A DNA stretch of 64,000 bases from Macrostomum lignano (lineage: Eukaryota), in contig NIVC01000030.1 in assembly GCA_002269645.1 (NCBI GenBank), positions 1 to 64,000 of the forward strand, read 5' to 3'. The notes under the pieces are model-generated. The model was not told where the DNA came from. It ran no database searches and worked only from the letters and a program-made list of their open reading frames with translations. Made by a program: the position numbers and the translations under genes. Positions 1-10,932 of the stretch are shown here, piece after piece. Positions within the stretch are counted from its first letter, which is position 1; every line of letters starts with the position of its first letter.

Positions 1-1970
1 GGAGACACCTGTTAGACACAGTGAGTCACCTGTTAGACACAGAGGAGACACCTGTTAGGAGGAGACACCTGTTAGACACAGAGGAGTTACCTGTTAGACA
101 CAGAGGGTCACCTGTTAGACACAGAGGAGTCACCTGTTAGACACAGAGGAGACACCTGTTAGACACAGAGGAGACACCTGTTAGACACAGTGAGTCACCT
201 GTTAGACACAGAGGAGACACCTGTTAGACATAGAGGAGACACCTGTTAGACACAGAGGAGTCACCTGTTAGACACAGAGGAGTCACCTGTTAGACACAGA
301 GGAGTCACCTGTTAGACACAGAGGAGACACCTGTTAGACACAGTGAGTCACCTTTAGACACAGAGGAGTTACCTGTTAGACACAGAGGGTCACCTGTTAG
401 ACACAGAGGAGACACCTGTTAGACACAGTGAGTCACCTGTTAGACACAGAGGAGTTACCTGTTAGACACAGAGGAGTCACCTGTTAGACACAGAGGAGAC
501 ACCTGTTAGACACAGAGGAGACACCTGTTAGACACAGAGGAGTTACCTGTTAGACACAGAGGAGTCACCTGTTAGACACAGAGGAGTCACCTGTTAGACA
601 CAGAGGAGAACCTGTTAGACACAGAGGAGACACCTGTTAGACACAGTGAGTCACCTGTTAGACACAGAGGAGTTACCTGTTAGACACAGAGGAGTCACCT
701 GTTAGACACAGAGGAGACACCTGTTAGACACAGAGGAGTCACCTGTTAGACACAGAGGAGACACCTGTTAGACACAGTGAGTCACCTGTTAGACACAGAG
801 GAGTTACCTGTTAGACACAGAGGAGTCACCTGTTAGACACAGAGGAGACACCTGTTAGACACAGAGGAGACACCTGTTAGACACAGAGGAGTTACCTGTT
901 AGACACAGAGGAGTCACCTGTTAGACACAGAGGAGTCACCTGTTAGACACAGAGGAGACACCTGTTAGACACAGAGGAGACACCTGTTAGACACAGTGAG
1001 TCACCTGTTAGACACAGAGGAGACACCTGTTAGACATAGAGGAGACACCTGTTAGACACAGAGGAGTCACCTGTTAGACACAGAGGAGTCACCTGTTAGA
1101 CACAGAGGAGTCACCTGTTAGACACAGAGGAGACACCTGTTAGACACAGAGGAGTCACCTGTTCAGAGGAGTCACCTGTTAGACACAGAGGAGACACCTG
1201 TTAGACACAGAGGAGACACCTGTTAGACACAGAGGAGTCACCTGTTAGACACAGAGGAGACACCTGTTAGACACAGAGGAGACACCTGTTAGACACAGTG
1301 AGTCACCTGTTAGACACAGAGGAAACACCTGTTAGATATAGAGGAGACACCTGTTAGACACAGAGGAGTCACCTGTTAGACACAGAGGAGTTACCTGTTA
1401 GACACAGAGGAGTCACCTGTTAGACACAGAGGAGTCACCTGTTAGACACAGAGAGTCACCTGTTAGACACAGAGGAGTCACCTGTTAGACACAGAGGAGA
1501 CACCTGTTAGACACAGAGGAGACACCTGTTAGACACAGTGAGTCACCTGTTAGACACAGAGGAGACACCTGTTAGACATAGAGGAGACACCTGTTAGACA
1601 CAGAGGAGACACCTGTTAGACACAGAGGAGTTACCTGTTAGACACAGAGGAGTCACCTGTTAGACACAGAGGAGTCACCTGTTAGACCAGAGGAGACACC
1701 TGTTAGACACAGAGGAGTCACCTGTTAGACACAGAGGAGTCACCTGTTAGACACAGAGGAGACACCTGTTAGACACAGAGGAGACACCTGTTAGACACAG
1801 TGAGTCACCTGTTAGACACAGAGGAGACACCTGTTAGACATAGAGGAGACACCTGTTAGACACAGAGGAGTCACCTGTTAGACACAGAGGAGTCACCTGT
1901 TAGACACAGAGGAGACACCTGTTAGACACAGAGGAGACACCTGTTAGACACAGAGGAGACACCTGTTAGA
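1..1970. repeat. 22-bp tandem minisatellite (consensus GAGGAG[T/A]CACCTGTTAGACACA), runs off the left edge
   Basis: Continuous near-identical 22-nt units; lies upstream of the first visible exon of the Ly6-like gene, probably in its intron. Confidence 0.97.
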
Positions 1971-2036
1971 CGGAAGAGTTAGGGACAGTTTCCATAGAGA
2001 CAGATTGATCACGCAGCCATCATTTAATTTTCACAG

Positions 2037-4830
2037 CGAACGCTGCTGCGTCGATCACCTGCTACTCGAGTCCTCATCGACTAGCTATACCAGCAACGGA
2101 ACTACGACCCTCTGTGCCTTTGACAGCAGCTGCTACACATATGACTACGGAGAAGTGCGTCACACGCTCGTTTTAGCCTGACTCTTTCCTGACACCCACT
2201 GATTCCTTCCCGACACCACTGATTCCTTCCTGAAACCAGTGACTCCTTCCGACCCCACTGACTCCTTCTTGACACCCACTGATTCCTTCCCGACACCCAC
2301 TGACTCCTTCCTGAAACCAGTGACTCCTTCCGACACCCACTGACTTCTTCTTGACACCCACTGATTCCTCCGACACCCACTGACTCCTTCCGACACCCAC
2401 TGACTCTTTCCGACACCCACTGACTCTTTCCCAACACCACTGACTCTTTCCAACACCCACTGACTCTTTCCCGACACCCACTGACTCCCTCCAGACACCA
2501 CTGACTCTTTCCCAACACCACTGACTCTTTACCGAACCCACTGATTCTTTCCCGACCCACTGACTCCTTCCAGACACCACTGACTCTTTCCCAACACCCA
2601 CTGACTCTTTCCCGACACCCACTGACTCCCTCCAGACACCACTGACTCTTTCCCAACACCACTGACTCTTTCCCGACACCCACTGACTCCCTCCAGACAC
2701 CACTGACTCTTTCCGACACCCACTGACTCCCTCCAGACACCACTGACTCTTTCCCGACACCCACTGACTCCCTCCAGACACCACTGACTCTTTCCCAACA
2801 CCCACTGACTCCCTCCAGACACCACTGACTCTTTCCCGACACCCACTGACTCCCTCCAGACACCACTGACTCTTTCCCGACACCCACTGACTCCCTCCAG
2901 ACACCACTGACTCTTTCCCAACACCACTGACTCCCTCCAGACACCACTGACTCTTTCCCGACACCCACTGACTCCCTCCAGACACCACTGACTCTTTCCC
3001 GACACCACTGACCCTCCAGACACCACTGACTCTTTCCAACACCCACTGACTCCCTCCAGACACCACTGACTCTTTCCCGACACCCACTGACTCCCTCCAG
3101 ACACCACTGACTCTTTCCCGACACCCACTGACTCCCTCCAGACACCACGGACTCTTTCCCAACACCACTGACTCTTTCCCGACACCCACTGATTCTTTCC
3201 GGCACCCACTGACTCCTTCCAGACACCACTGACTCTTTCCCGACACCCACTGACTCCCTCCAGACACCACTGACTCTTTCCCGACACCCACTGACTCCCT
3301 CCAGACACCACTGACTCTTTCCCAACACCACGGACTCTTTCCCAACACCACTGACTCTTTCCCGACACCCACTGATTCTTTCCCGGCACCCACTGACTCC
3401 TTCCAGACACCACTGACTCTTTCCCGACACCCACTGATTCTTTATCGGCACTCACTGACTCCTTCCAGACACCACTGACTCCTTCCCAAACACCTACTGA
3501 CTCTTTCCCGACACCCACTGACTCCTTCCCAAACACCTACTAACTCCTTCCCGGACACCACTGACTCCTTATCGACACCACTGACTCACATCCGACGTTT
3601 CTAATTACTCCTTGATCTAACCCAAGCAATTTTAAATAAGTATAAAATGACTGTGCACTCATTTTGTTAAGTCTACCGCAGCAAAACCGAATTTTGCCCC
3701 TATACAGGACAACTTTGCTGGTTGTGGCACCTGCTCCGGGTATTCTTACACCACCTGCAAAGCGTGCACTGCCAGCTACTGCAATACTCGACCGCCTGTT
3801 CTGAACTGTTACTACAGCAATGGAGACTATCTTCACAGCAGCCGAAGGAGGAGGAGATGTGAAAGTAGCTATTGCTATGAGTACAGCTTTACCTATGCTA
3901 CTATCGATGTGAGTTTCAGACTCAAGTCGGAGTGCTGAAGTAATGTCTAATTTTATAATTTTATAGAATTAAAGTATAAAAATCTCTTTAACGGTTAGAC
4001 AGCATCTTTGACCTGTTAGACAGTGACGTCAACCTGTTAGACAGTGACATCAACCTGTTAGACAGTGACATCAACCTGTTAGACAGTGACGTCAACCTGT
4101 TAGATAGTGACATCAACCTGTTAGATAGTGACGTCAACCTGTTAGACAGTGACGTCAACCTGTTAGATAGTGACATCAACCTGTTAGATAGTGACGTCAA
4201 CCTGTTAGACAGTGACGTCAACCTGTTAGATAGTGACATCAACCTGTTATACAGTGACGTCAACCTGTTAGACAGTGACGTCAACCTGTTAGATAGTGAC
4301 ATCAACCTGTTAGATAGTGACGTCAACCTGTTAGATAGTGACATCAACCTGTTAGATAGTGACGTCAACCTGTTAGACAGTGATGTCAAACTGTTAGACA
4401 GTGACGTCAACCTGTTAGACAGTGATGTCAACCCGTTAGACAGTGACGTCAACCTGTTAGACAGTGACGTCAACCTGTTAGATAGTGACATCAACCTGTT
4501 AGATAGTGACGTCAACCTGTTAGACAGTGACGCCAACCTGTTAGACAGTGACGTCAACCTGTTAAACAGTGACGTCAACCTGTTAGATAGTGACATCAAC
4601 CTGTTAGACAGTGATGTCAACCTGTTAGACAGTCTTCAACAACACTAGTATTGTCCCCATCATCATAGATCTTCTTCGCCGGCTGTGGAGAGTGCTCAAA
4701 GCTCGACTCCTATAGCAACTGTAGAGCCTGCAACAGCGGGGACTACTGCAACTCTGCCGCCAGTCTTCGAGGCTGGAATTTTACCGCCTTCGCCACCGCC
4801 GTCATTCTGGCTATGATTCGGTTGCTGTGA
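2037..4830 (+). CDS. GPI-anchored two-domain Ly6/uPAR (three-finger)-like protein; exons 2037-2154, 3708-3908, 4669-4830; signal-peptide exon is upstream of the window
   Basis: AG/GT-bounded, phase-compatible exons give two Cys modules (ITCYS..LCAFDSSCY..AGCGTC..TCKACTASYCN; LNCYYS..RCESSYCY..AGCGEC..NCRACNSGDYCN). These are followed by SA and a hydrophobic tail (FTAFATAVILAMIRLL*), with AATAAA at 4998-5003. The 2037-2154 exon lacks one base near 2071. Not in the ORF track. Confidence 0.75.
2180..3590. repeat. Intronic tandem minisatellite built from ~20-23-bp CACC(C)ACTGACTC[TTT/CCT]CC units
   Basis: Visible tandem units; accounts for the repetitive ORFs 2102-3536. Confidence 0.95.
3990..4632. 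repeat. Intronic 21-bp tandem minisatellite (GTGACGTCAACCTGTTAGACA)
   Basis: About 30 units; accounts for ORF 3988-4620 (LSNRLTS repeats). Confidence 0.96.
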
Positions 4831-5124
4831 CTCTGTTAACAAATGTCTGTCACGTGTTAACTTCAAACAGATTTATTTATTCCTGATTACCTCGTCTGAC
4901 GCTTCTATTAGCCATCACAGCTCGCATTAACTGTCTCATCTGACAGAGTGGATGACCGCGAACCTATCCAGATACAGGGTGAAACAACTTGATGAAGAAT
5001 AAAAACTTACTGATTGAAAAAATGTTTGTTTTATTATATATTCACTTAGCAGAGAATGCTAATATTCAATAACTAGTTGCCCTTTCTTTCATGAACAAAT
5101 TTATTGTTTATTTTAGTGGAGCAG

Positions 5125-5579
5125 AAGGTTTGCTGGACCAGCCTCCTAGATCTTCAATTGCTGGACCAGCCTCCCATAACCCCAGTTGCTGAGCCAGCCT
5201 CCCAGATCCTCATTTGCTGGGCCAGCCTCCCAGATCCTCAGTTTCTTGGCCAGCCTCCCTGATCCTCAGTTGCTGGGTCACCAGCCTCCCAGATCCTCAG
5301 TTGCTGGGCCAGCCTCCCAGATCCTCAGTTGCTTGGCCAGCCTCCCAGATCCTCAGTTGCTGGGCCAGCCTCGCAGATCCTCAGTTGCTGGGCCAGCCTC
5401 CCAGATCCTCAGTTGCTGGGCCAGCCTTTCAGATCCTCAGTTGCTTGGCCAGCCTCCCAGATCCTCAGTTGCTGGGCCAGCCTCGCAGATCCTCAGTTGC
5501 TGGGCCAGCCTCCCAGATCCTCAGTTGCTGGGCCAGCCTTTCAGATCCTCAGTTGCTTGGCCAGCCTCCCAGATCCTCA
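5125..5579. repeat. 28-bp minisatellite (CCTCCCAGATCCTCAGTTGCTGGGCCAG), left part, interrupted by the LTR element
   Basis: Tandem units stop at ...AGATCCTCA|TGATG and resume at 16280. Confidence 0.95.
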
Positions 5580-6650
5580 TGATGTGTTCCTTATTACCAG
5601 TCCTCAACTGTAATCAAGGAACAATCACTTCTAGCTCTGTAGCTAGGCAACCCAGTAATCAAATGAAGGTATTCAATTACCTTTGAGTCCTTAAATGAGA
5701 GCTCTCGTAATAATCCTCGTCCGTAGTATCGCGATCAGTAACTTTCCTGTCCTTCAGGAAGTTTAGGCGCCTGGTAACAGTTGATCTGGTCCGTTATCTC
5801 CTTTGTCCTCTTGACTTCTTGCCGGCCGGTATCTGTAGTTCGGACCAATAAGAAGCTTCCAAATTAACAATGGGACCCTGCGCCAAACTGCGGTTTAATA
5901 TAAGCCTACTCCTTCTAGTAGTGCCTCTATGCACTCTAGGTATGGCTCCGGAAACCACTGATAGTCTTCTAAGATCTATCAGGGGCAGTCCTTCTGGAGA
6001 CTGCAACCAGTGGAGTCTAAACAGACTCAAGAGTCTCAGCAGACTCAAATAAACTCAAGTCTCAATAGACTTGAGCGAGACGTCTCAACCAACGGGCGCA
6101 AATGAGTAAGGCTTACCGCAAGAACTCGTCCACGACGCGAGTTTCTTCAGGAAGGCTTCACTAGAGCTTCCTCTTCGGAGCTTCTCTCCTTGGAGATTTT
6201 GGCTCCGGGTCCGTTCCGGACCACTTGTATTTATAGGCGTTCAGACCTCTCTCGAGGTCGTACATCACTGTCTTCGCAAATGTCAAAGGGTCACGATTCG
6301 GTGGCTGTCAAGCATGACAGGGTAGAAAGTTGCGCAACTAGTCTACTGTAAAAGCGCATGATTGGTTACCGTAGCTGGTAGACTTTGATTGGTTCATCCG
6401 GGTGCAACCCGAGTGCAAACAAAATGATGACTTGAAGGTGGGGTTTGAATTGACAGTTGTTGGTCGCACGTGATTGGGTGATTTCTAAAATTAGCATGCT
6501 CGAGGTCTCTCTCTTCCTATTGGTTAGTCCGAATATACTTATAGTTCAAAGCATACCTTTATTCATGCTCTTCAATTTACTACTAAATAAAATGTGTGAG
6601 TAGTACATTAACACTTTTATGTCTTCTTACGGGAGGTAGAACACTCTACA
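5580..6650 (-). repeat. 3' LTR (1071 bp), sense TGTAGAG...ACATCA
   Basis: By eye matches 15206-16279 except for 3 single-base indels; TATAAATA at 6228-6235 (-); preceded on the sense strand by the purine-rich ATGGGAGATTT (weak PPT candidate). Confidence 0.97.
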
Positions 6651-6868
6651 AAATCTCCCATGTTTACAAAAAACTCGTCCCGAGTTTTAAATAGAGGATT
6701 GAAACGCATAAAAAGTTCAAGCATGTCTTTATAATAATCATTTGTCACAAGTGTTACAGGTATTTAGTAATGGGTAGTTAAGAGCGTTGGTTATAAAAGT
6801 TATTTAAAGGTAAGTATACGCATGCAAATAAAATGTTTTTGGTTACAGTATTGACATGTGCGCCAAGA

Positions 6869-7081
6869 CTAACAATAGGCGCACTGCCGCAAACTACTTC
6901 TACCTATCGGGCAATTCTGCCAGAGCTGAATATAATGTGAGTCGCTTAAATATTGTCCGCATATGCGATGTCTGTTTTCACAAATAATTGGTGGCTTGAC
7001 AGCCAAGTCATCAGTTAAACATATTGGGCATTCGTAGAGTTGCTGTAGTTGGGGCGCCTGTTTGGACAGTGCGTTGCCCAT
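6869..7081 (-). CDS. Small accessory protein: N-myristoylation motif (MGNALSK) plus degenerate C3HC4 RING finger
   Basis: CPIC-x11-CENRH-x2-CGQY...CPIG spacing resembles SINA/SIAH-type RINGs; ligands 6 and 8 are TAT and GGT, each one change from TGT; a further CAYC at the C-terminus. Confidence 0.6.
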   Translation of the reverse strand: MGNALSKQAPQLQQLYECPICLTDDLAVKPPIICENRHRICGQYLSDSHYIQLWQNCPIGRSSLRQCAYC

Positions 7082-7192
7082 TGTCGTCGTCGCTTGAAGT
7101 TTGAAGTCGCTCAGATTAGTCGCCTCTTACGACAAGCTTGCGAAGCTGTAGAGCTATTCTGACCCGGTCTCTACACGGGTTGTTTTCGCAAC

Positions 7193-10100
7193 TTAACGAG
7201 GTCGCAGATTGTAGCCATGTTGCTGGTTCTCGGTTGATGTTTGTGTCTCCTCGTGTTTTGTTGCGATGTGGCGGTTCGCCGAACGCGTGCGATCAGCGTT
7301 GTCTAGTGACGGTAAAAACGTTGTCGTGTCAGTGTTGATCTTCTTTAGTCGATGAATGTGCACGTAGAATTGGTGCTGATGAGGATCTTGCACATTGGCC
7401 AGGCGTGCCGTTGTCGGTGACGTTAGTTGGACCACTCGATATGGTCCTTTGTACTTCTGTGCGTGTTTGTGCGTCTGTTGCGGCGGATAGTGCAGGTAGA
7501 CGATGTCGCCGGCTGTCAGAGTTGTCGATCTCGTGTCGGTGCCGGTGGTTAGAGCCACCTGATTGTCGATGTTGTGCTTGGCTACTTTCCATGCGAGGTG
7601 TAGTTGCGTGACGAACTTTTGAATGGACGTCGGGACTTCCACATATTGCGATGGTAGTAGTTGCTGTGCCAATAGGTTTGGCGGCTGGAAGTCTCGCCCA
7701 AACATTAGAAAGAATGGCGTATTGTCCGTTGATCGATGAATAGCGCTGTTGTAGGCCATTGTTACTGCTTGCAGATAGATGATCCAGTCGTCCGGTTGTT
7801 GATGCGCGAAGTGTGTAATCATCTCGTGTAGGTTGCGGTGAAACCTTTCAACCATGTTCGCCTTCGGATTGTAGGTCGATGTGTAGATCTGCGTGATGTT
7901 GAGGATCTTCACCACTTGCTGAAAGAGTTGAGACGTAAACTGCGATCCATTGTCCGATGTGAGGTTCTTTGGCGTACCGTACTTGCAGATGATGTCGTTG
8001 AAGAAACCCATTGCCACTGTCTGAGCTGTGATGTCCGGTATTGGTATGGCAATAGCAAACTTTGAGAAAATGTCCAAGGCTGTTAGGATGTAGGTGTAGG
8101 CTATGCCATGGAGACAGCTCGGTGGCAGCGGTCCGGTGATGTCGATGCTGAGACAGTCCATAGTTGTTGACTTTGGTATCGATTGTAGCTGTGGTTTTTG
8201 TCGTCGTCCTGTCTTCGATGCTGCGCATGAGTGGCAGTTGTTGCAATACTGCTTGATGTCGCCATGCATGCTTGGCCAAAAGTAGTATTGCTCCACTCTT
8301 GCAATGGTTTTGGCTGCCGACAGGTGTCCAGCGAGTGGGTTGTCGTGCAGCTCGTTGAGAATTGCCTGCCTAAACGAATATGGCATGTAGATTTTAGGTT
8401 TGTTGTCACTCATCCAGTAGAGTCGTGACTTGTTGATTGTTAAATGTTGTCGCTGCTTGCGCAGGAATTTTCGTTCCACGGGGCTGAGCTTGATGTCCTT
8501 GTCGTTGTTTTTAACTGCTATGTAGAAGTTGTCGTGTTCCGTCTCATCCACCAATTCCTTGATGTTAGGGATTGGATGAATGGCGTTGACTTCGTAGGCT
8601 CTTGACAGGGCGTCCGCGGCCTTGTTAGTAATTCCTGGTTTGTAGACGAGCTTGTAGTTGTAGTCCTGGATCTTGAGTGTCATCCTGATGAGTCGGTTGT
8701 TTGTTTGTCCTTTTGTAGTTACGACGTAGGTCAGCGGTGCGTGATCTGTGCGTACTATCGTCTGTAATGGAGATCCATAGATGTAGTAGTGAAACTGTCG
8801 TAGGGCGAACAGAACTCCTAGTAGTTCTCGTTCCGTAGCTGACCATTTTGTCTCATTCGGTTTAAGTGCTCGACTGACGTAGGCTATAGGTCGTTCCTTT
8901 TTGTCTTCAGTTTCCTGTAGTAGGACTGCTCCGAGTCCCGTTCCTGAGGCGTCTGTCTCGATGATGAAGGGTTTGTCGAAGTCCGGATGCTGTAGCAGTG
9001 CGTCTGATGTCAGCTGTCGTTTGATTTCGTCAAAACTTTCTTGTTGCTTTTGTGTCCAATTCTCCTGCTTCCATTTGTCGAACTTGAGCAGGTCGTACAG
9101 CGGCTTTGCTGTCTTCGCGAAGTTGGGTAAGAACTTTCGGAAGTATTGCGCAAGTCCAAGAAATGATTGGACCTTCGTTTTGCTAGTTGGCGTAGGAAAC
9201 TTTTTCACTTTATCCACGTTGTCTGGGTCCGGTGAAATTCCTTTGGCTGTCACCTGATGTCCCAGGTAACGCACGTTGTCTCGGAAGAATTTGCATTTAG
9301 TTGGTTGTAGCTTCAGACCTTGACGTTGTATAAGCGCGAGGGCCTTCTCCGTCGCTTCATAGAGTCGTTCGAAGTCTTCTCCGTAGGCCAAGATGTCGTC
9401 AACATAGTGCAACAGGTTCGTGCATCCTGCAAGCATGTATGCTGTTAGTCGGCTCATCGTTGCTGGGCTGTTGCTGAGTCCCATCGGCGATCGATTGTAC
9501 TCGTATACTTGTCCATTGTAGGTTTTGAAAGCCGTGTACTGTCGTGACTCTTTCTCGATTTCAATTTGCCAAAATCCATGACGTAGATCGAACACTGTGA
9601 ACAATTTTGCCGTGTTGAGCTTTGCTAGTAGTTCGGAGATCTTCGGTAGGCTTTGCTGATCCGTCGGTATGTACTTGTTCAGTAGTCTGAAGTCACATAC
9701 GAGTCGTCTTTCGTTAGTCTCCTTCTTTTGCACCAAGAGACATGGTGATGAGTATGCTGAAATGGCTTTGCTGATGATGCCGTGTTTCAGCATTTTGTCG
9801 ATAATCTCATCGAAGTGCTGTTGCAGATGCTTGGCGATCGGGTACGGTTTGCACTGAATTGGTTCCGTGTGCGGCAGAAGTTTGATTTCCTGTTTGATGT
9901 CCTTGGCTCGTCCGATGTCGTAGTCATGGTGGCAGAAAGCGTCGTTGTACTTCCACAACAGCTGTCGAACTTTCCTCTTTTGCTGTTCCGTAATCGGGCT
10001 GTCATCCAAATTGATCTTCTTTTGAAATTCTTCCTCTGTTAGTCGTGGAGTCGCTTGCTCAATCAGCATAACCGATGCTTGGGTGTTGAGATGACCGATG

Positions 10101-10924
10101 CACATTCCTTGTCGTAGATGAACCGTTTCTGTGTTCGGGTTGAATATTTGTACTGGCAGCTGTTTATCTTTTGCAACCAGTACTAGTGCCGTAGGCATCA
10201 TAATTTGGTGTTTAGCCGTGACTCTTCTGTTTGGGTCGAATATCATTGCTTCCTCCGTTGCGTTAGTTGCCTTTGCCTTTATCCAGCAGGCGCTCTCCGG
10301 TTGGATGATGACATCTTGTTGCAATGTTACTTTTGGTAGTACTCGGATCTGGTTGATCAATGGTTGTTCTACCGAGTCGATCTTGAACGTTTGCTTATTG
10401 AAGTCGAAGGTCAATGGTAGTCGAAGCTGCTTGAACGTGTCGATGCCAACAATAACGTCCTGGTTTGGGAGTCTGTCGATGACGTACGTTGGAACTGTCA
10501 AATGTTTATTAGCGATTCTTAAATCAATGTCGGCTTTTCCCAGAATGTTTAGCGAATGTCCTCCTGCTCCTGCAACTGCGATTGTTGCTGGCCGTAGAGC
10601 AAGTCGTAGCTTGTTGCACAGTTGTTTTGATATAACTGTGATGGAGCTGCCGGAGTCGAGTAGCGCTCGACATGGTAGATTGTTGATTACCACTTGAGCC
10701 ATGGCTTTGCCAATTTCGGCGTGTAGAGTACATACGTAGTTCTCTGGCCATTTTGGGTCTTGCTGTTCTGCTTGATAGTTAGGTGGTTGTATTCTTGGTG
10801 CCGTTGGTGTTGTCGGAATCGATGGATATAGCCGCGTTGCTAGTGTCGGTTGCCCTTGAACCTCACGATGTGCAGTTTCTGTTAGTTCTAAACTGTTGTC
10901 GCCTTCCGTTGTCGTTCTTTGCAT
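7193..10924 (-). CDS. pol: Pol: late-domain linker, aspartic protease, dUTPase-like remnant, RT, RNase H, integrase with GPY/F (frame open from 11233; first ATG after env at 10924)
   Basis: ALLDSGSS; YVDD; FIIETDASG/ERELL/TDH/ADALSR; HHCC (HDNPLAGH..CHSC); D(SIDIT), D(SDNG), E(MVERF); GPYRVV; no stops over 3.7 kb. Confidence 0.97.
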   Translation of the reverse strand: MQRTTTEGDNSLELTETAHREVQGQPTLATRLYPSIPTTPTAPRIQPPNYQAEQQDPKWPENYVCTLHAEIGKAMAQVVINNLPCRALLDSGSSITVISKQLCNKLRLALRPATIAVAGAGGHSLNILGKADIDLRIANKHLTVPTYVIDRLPNQDVIVGIDTFKQLRLPLTFDFNKQTFKIDSVEQPLINQIRVLPKVTLQQDVIIQPESACWIKAKATNATEEAMIFDPNRRVTAKHQIMMPTALVLVAKDKQLPVQIFNPNTETVHLRQGMCIGHLNTQASVMLIEQATPRLTEEEFQKKINLDDSPITEQQKRKVRQLLWKYNDAFCHHDYDIGRAKDIKQEIKLLPHTEPIQCKPYPIAKHLQQHFDEIIDKMLKHGIISKAISAYSSPCLLVQKKETNERRLVCDFRLLNKYIPTDQQSLPKISELLAKLNTAKLFTVFDLRHGFWQIEIEKESRQYTAFKTYNGQVYEYNRSPMGLSNSPATMSRLTAYMLAGCTNLLHYVDDILAYGEDFERLYEATEKALALIQRQGLKLQPTKCKFFRDNVRYLGHQVTAKGISPDPDNVDKVKKFPTPTSKTKVQSFLGLAQYFRKFLPNFAKTAKPLYDLLKFDKWKQENWTQKQQESFDEIKRQLTSDALLQHPDFDKPFIIETDASGTGLGAVLLQETEDKKERPIAYVSRALKPNETKWSATERELLGVLFALRQFHYYIYGSPLQTIVRTDHAPLTYVVTTKGQTNNRLIRMTLKIQDYNYKLVYKPGITNKAADALSRAYEVNAIHPIPNIKELVDETEHDNFYIAVKNNDKDIKLSPVERKFLRKQRQHLTINKSRLYWMSDNKPKIYMPYSFRQAILNELHDNPLAGHLSAAKTIARVEQYYFWPSMHGDIKQYCNNCHSCAASKTGRRQKPQLQSIPKSTTMDCLSIDITGPLPPSCLHGIAYTYILTALDIFSKFAIAIPIPDITAQTVAMGFFNDIICKYGTPKNLTSDNGSQFTSQLFQQVVKILNITQIYTSTYNPKANMVERFHRNLHEMITHFAHQQPDDWIIYLQAVTMAYNSAIHRSTDNTPFFLMFGRDFQPPNLLAQQLLPSQYVEVPTSIQKFVTQLHLAWKVAKHNIDNQVALTTGTDTRSTTLTAGDIVYLHYPPQQTHKHAQKYKGPYRVVQLTSPTTARLANVQDPHQHQFYVHIHRLKKINTDTTTFLPSLDNADRTRSANRHIATKHEETQTSTENQQHGYNLRPR

Positions 10925-10932
10925 TATGGCAT

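Noticed and set aside
2102-3536. Long ORFs of 335-449 aa
   Set aside because: Translations of an intronic minisatellite
3540-3836. Minus-strand 98-aa ORF as MANBA exon 3
   Set aside because: It is the antisense shadow of the Ly6-like exon and has no GH2 similarity
5125-5579. 28-bp hairpin repeats as a CRISPR array, or ORFs 5186-5686 as protein
   Set aside because: No spacers; ORFs are open in several frames simply because the unit lacks stops
5794-6052. Short ORFs inside the LTRs (also 15490-15915)
   Set aside because: They differ between the two LTR copies because of indels, straddle the TATA/R region and have no recognisable motif
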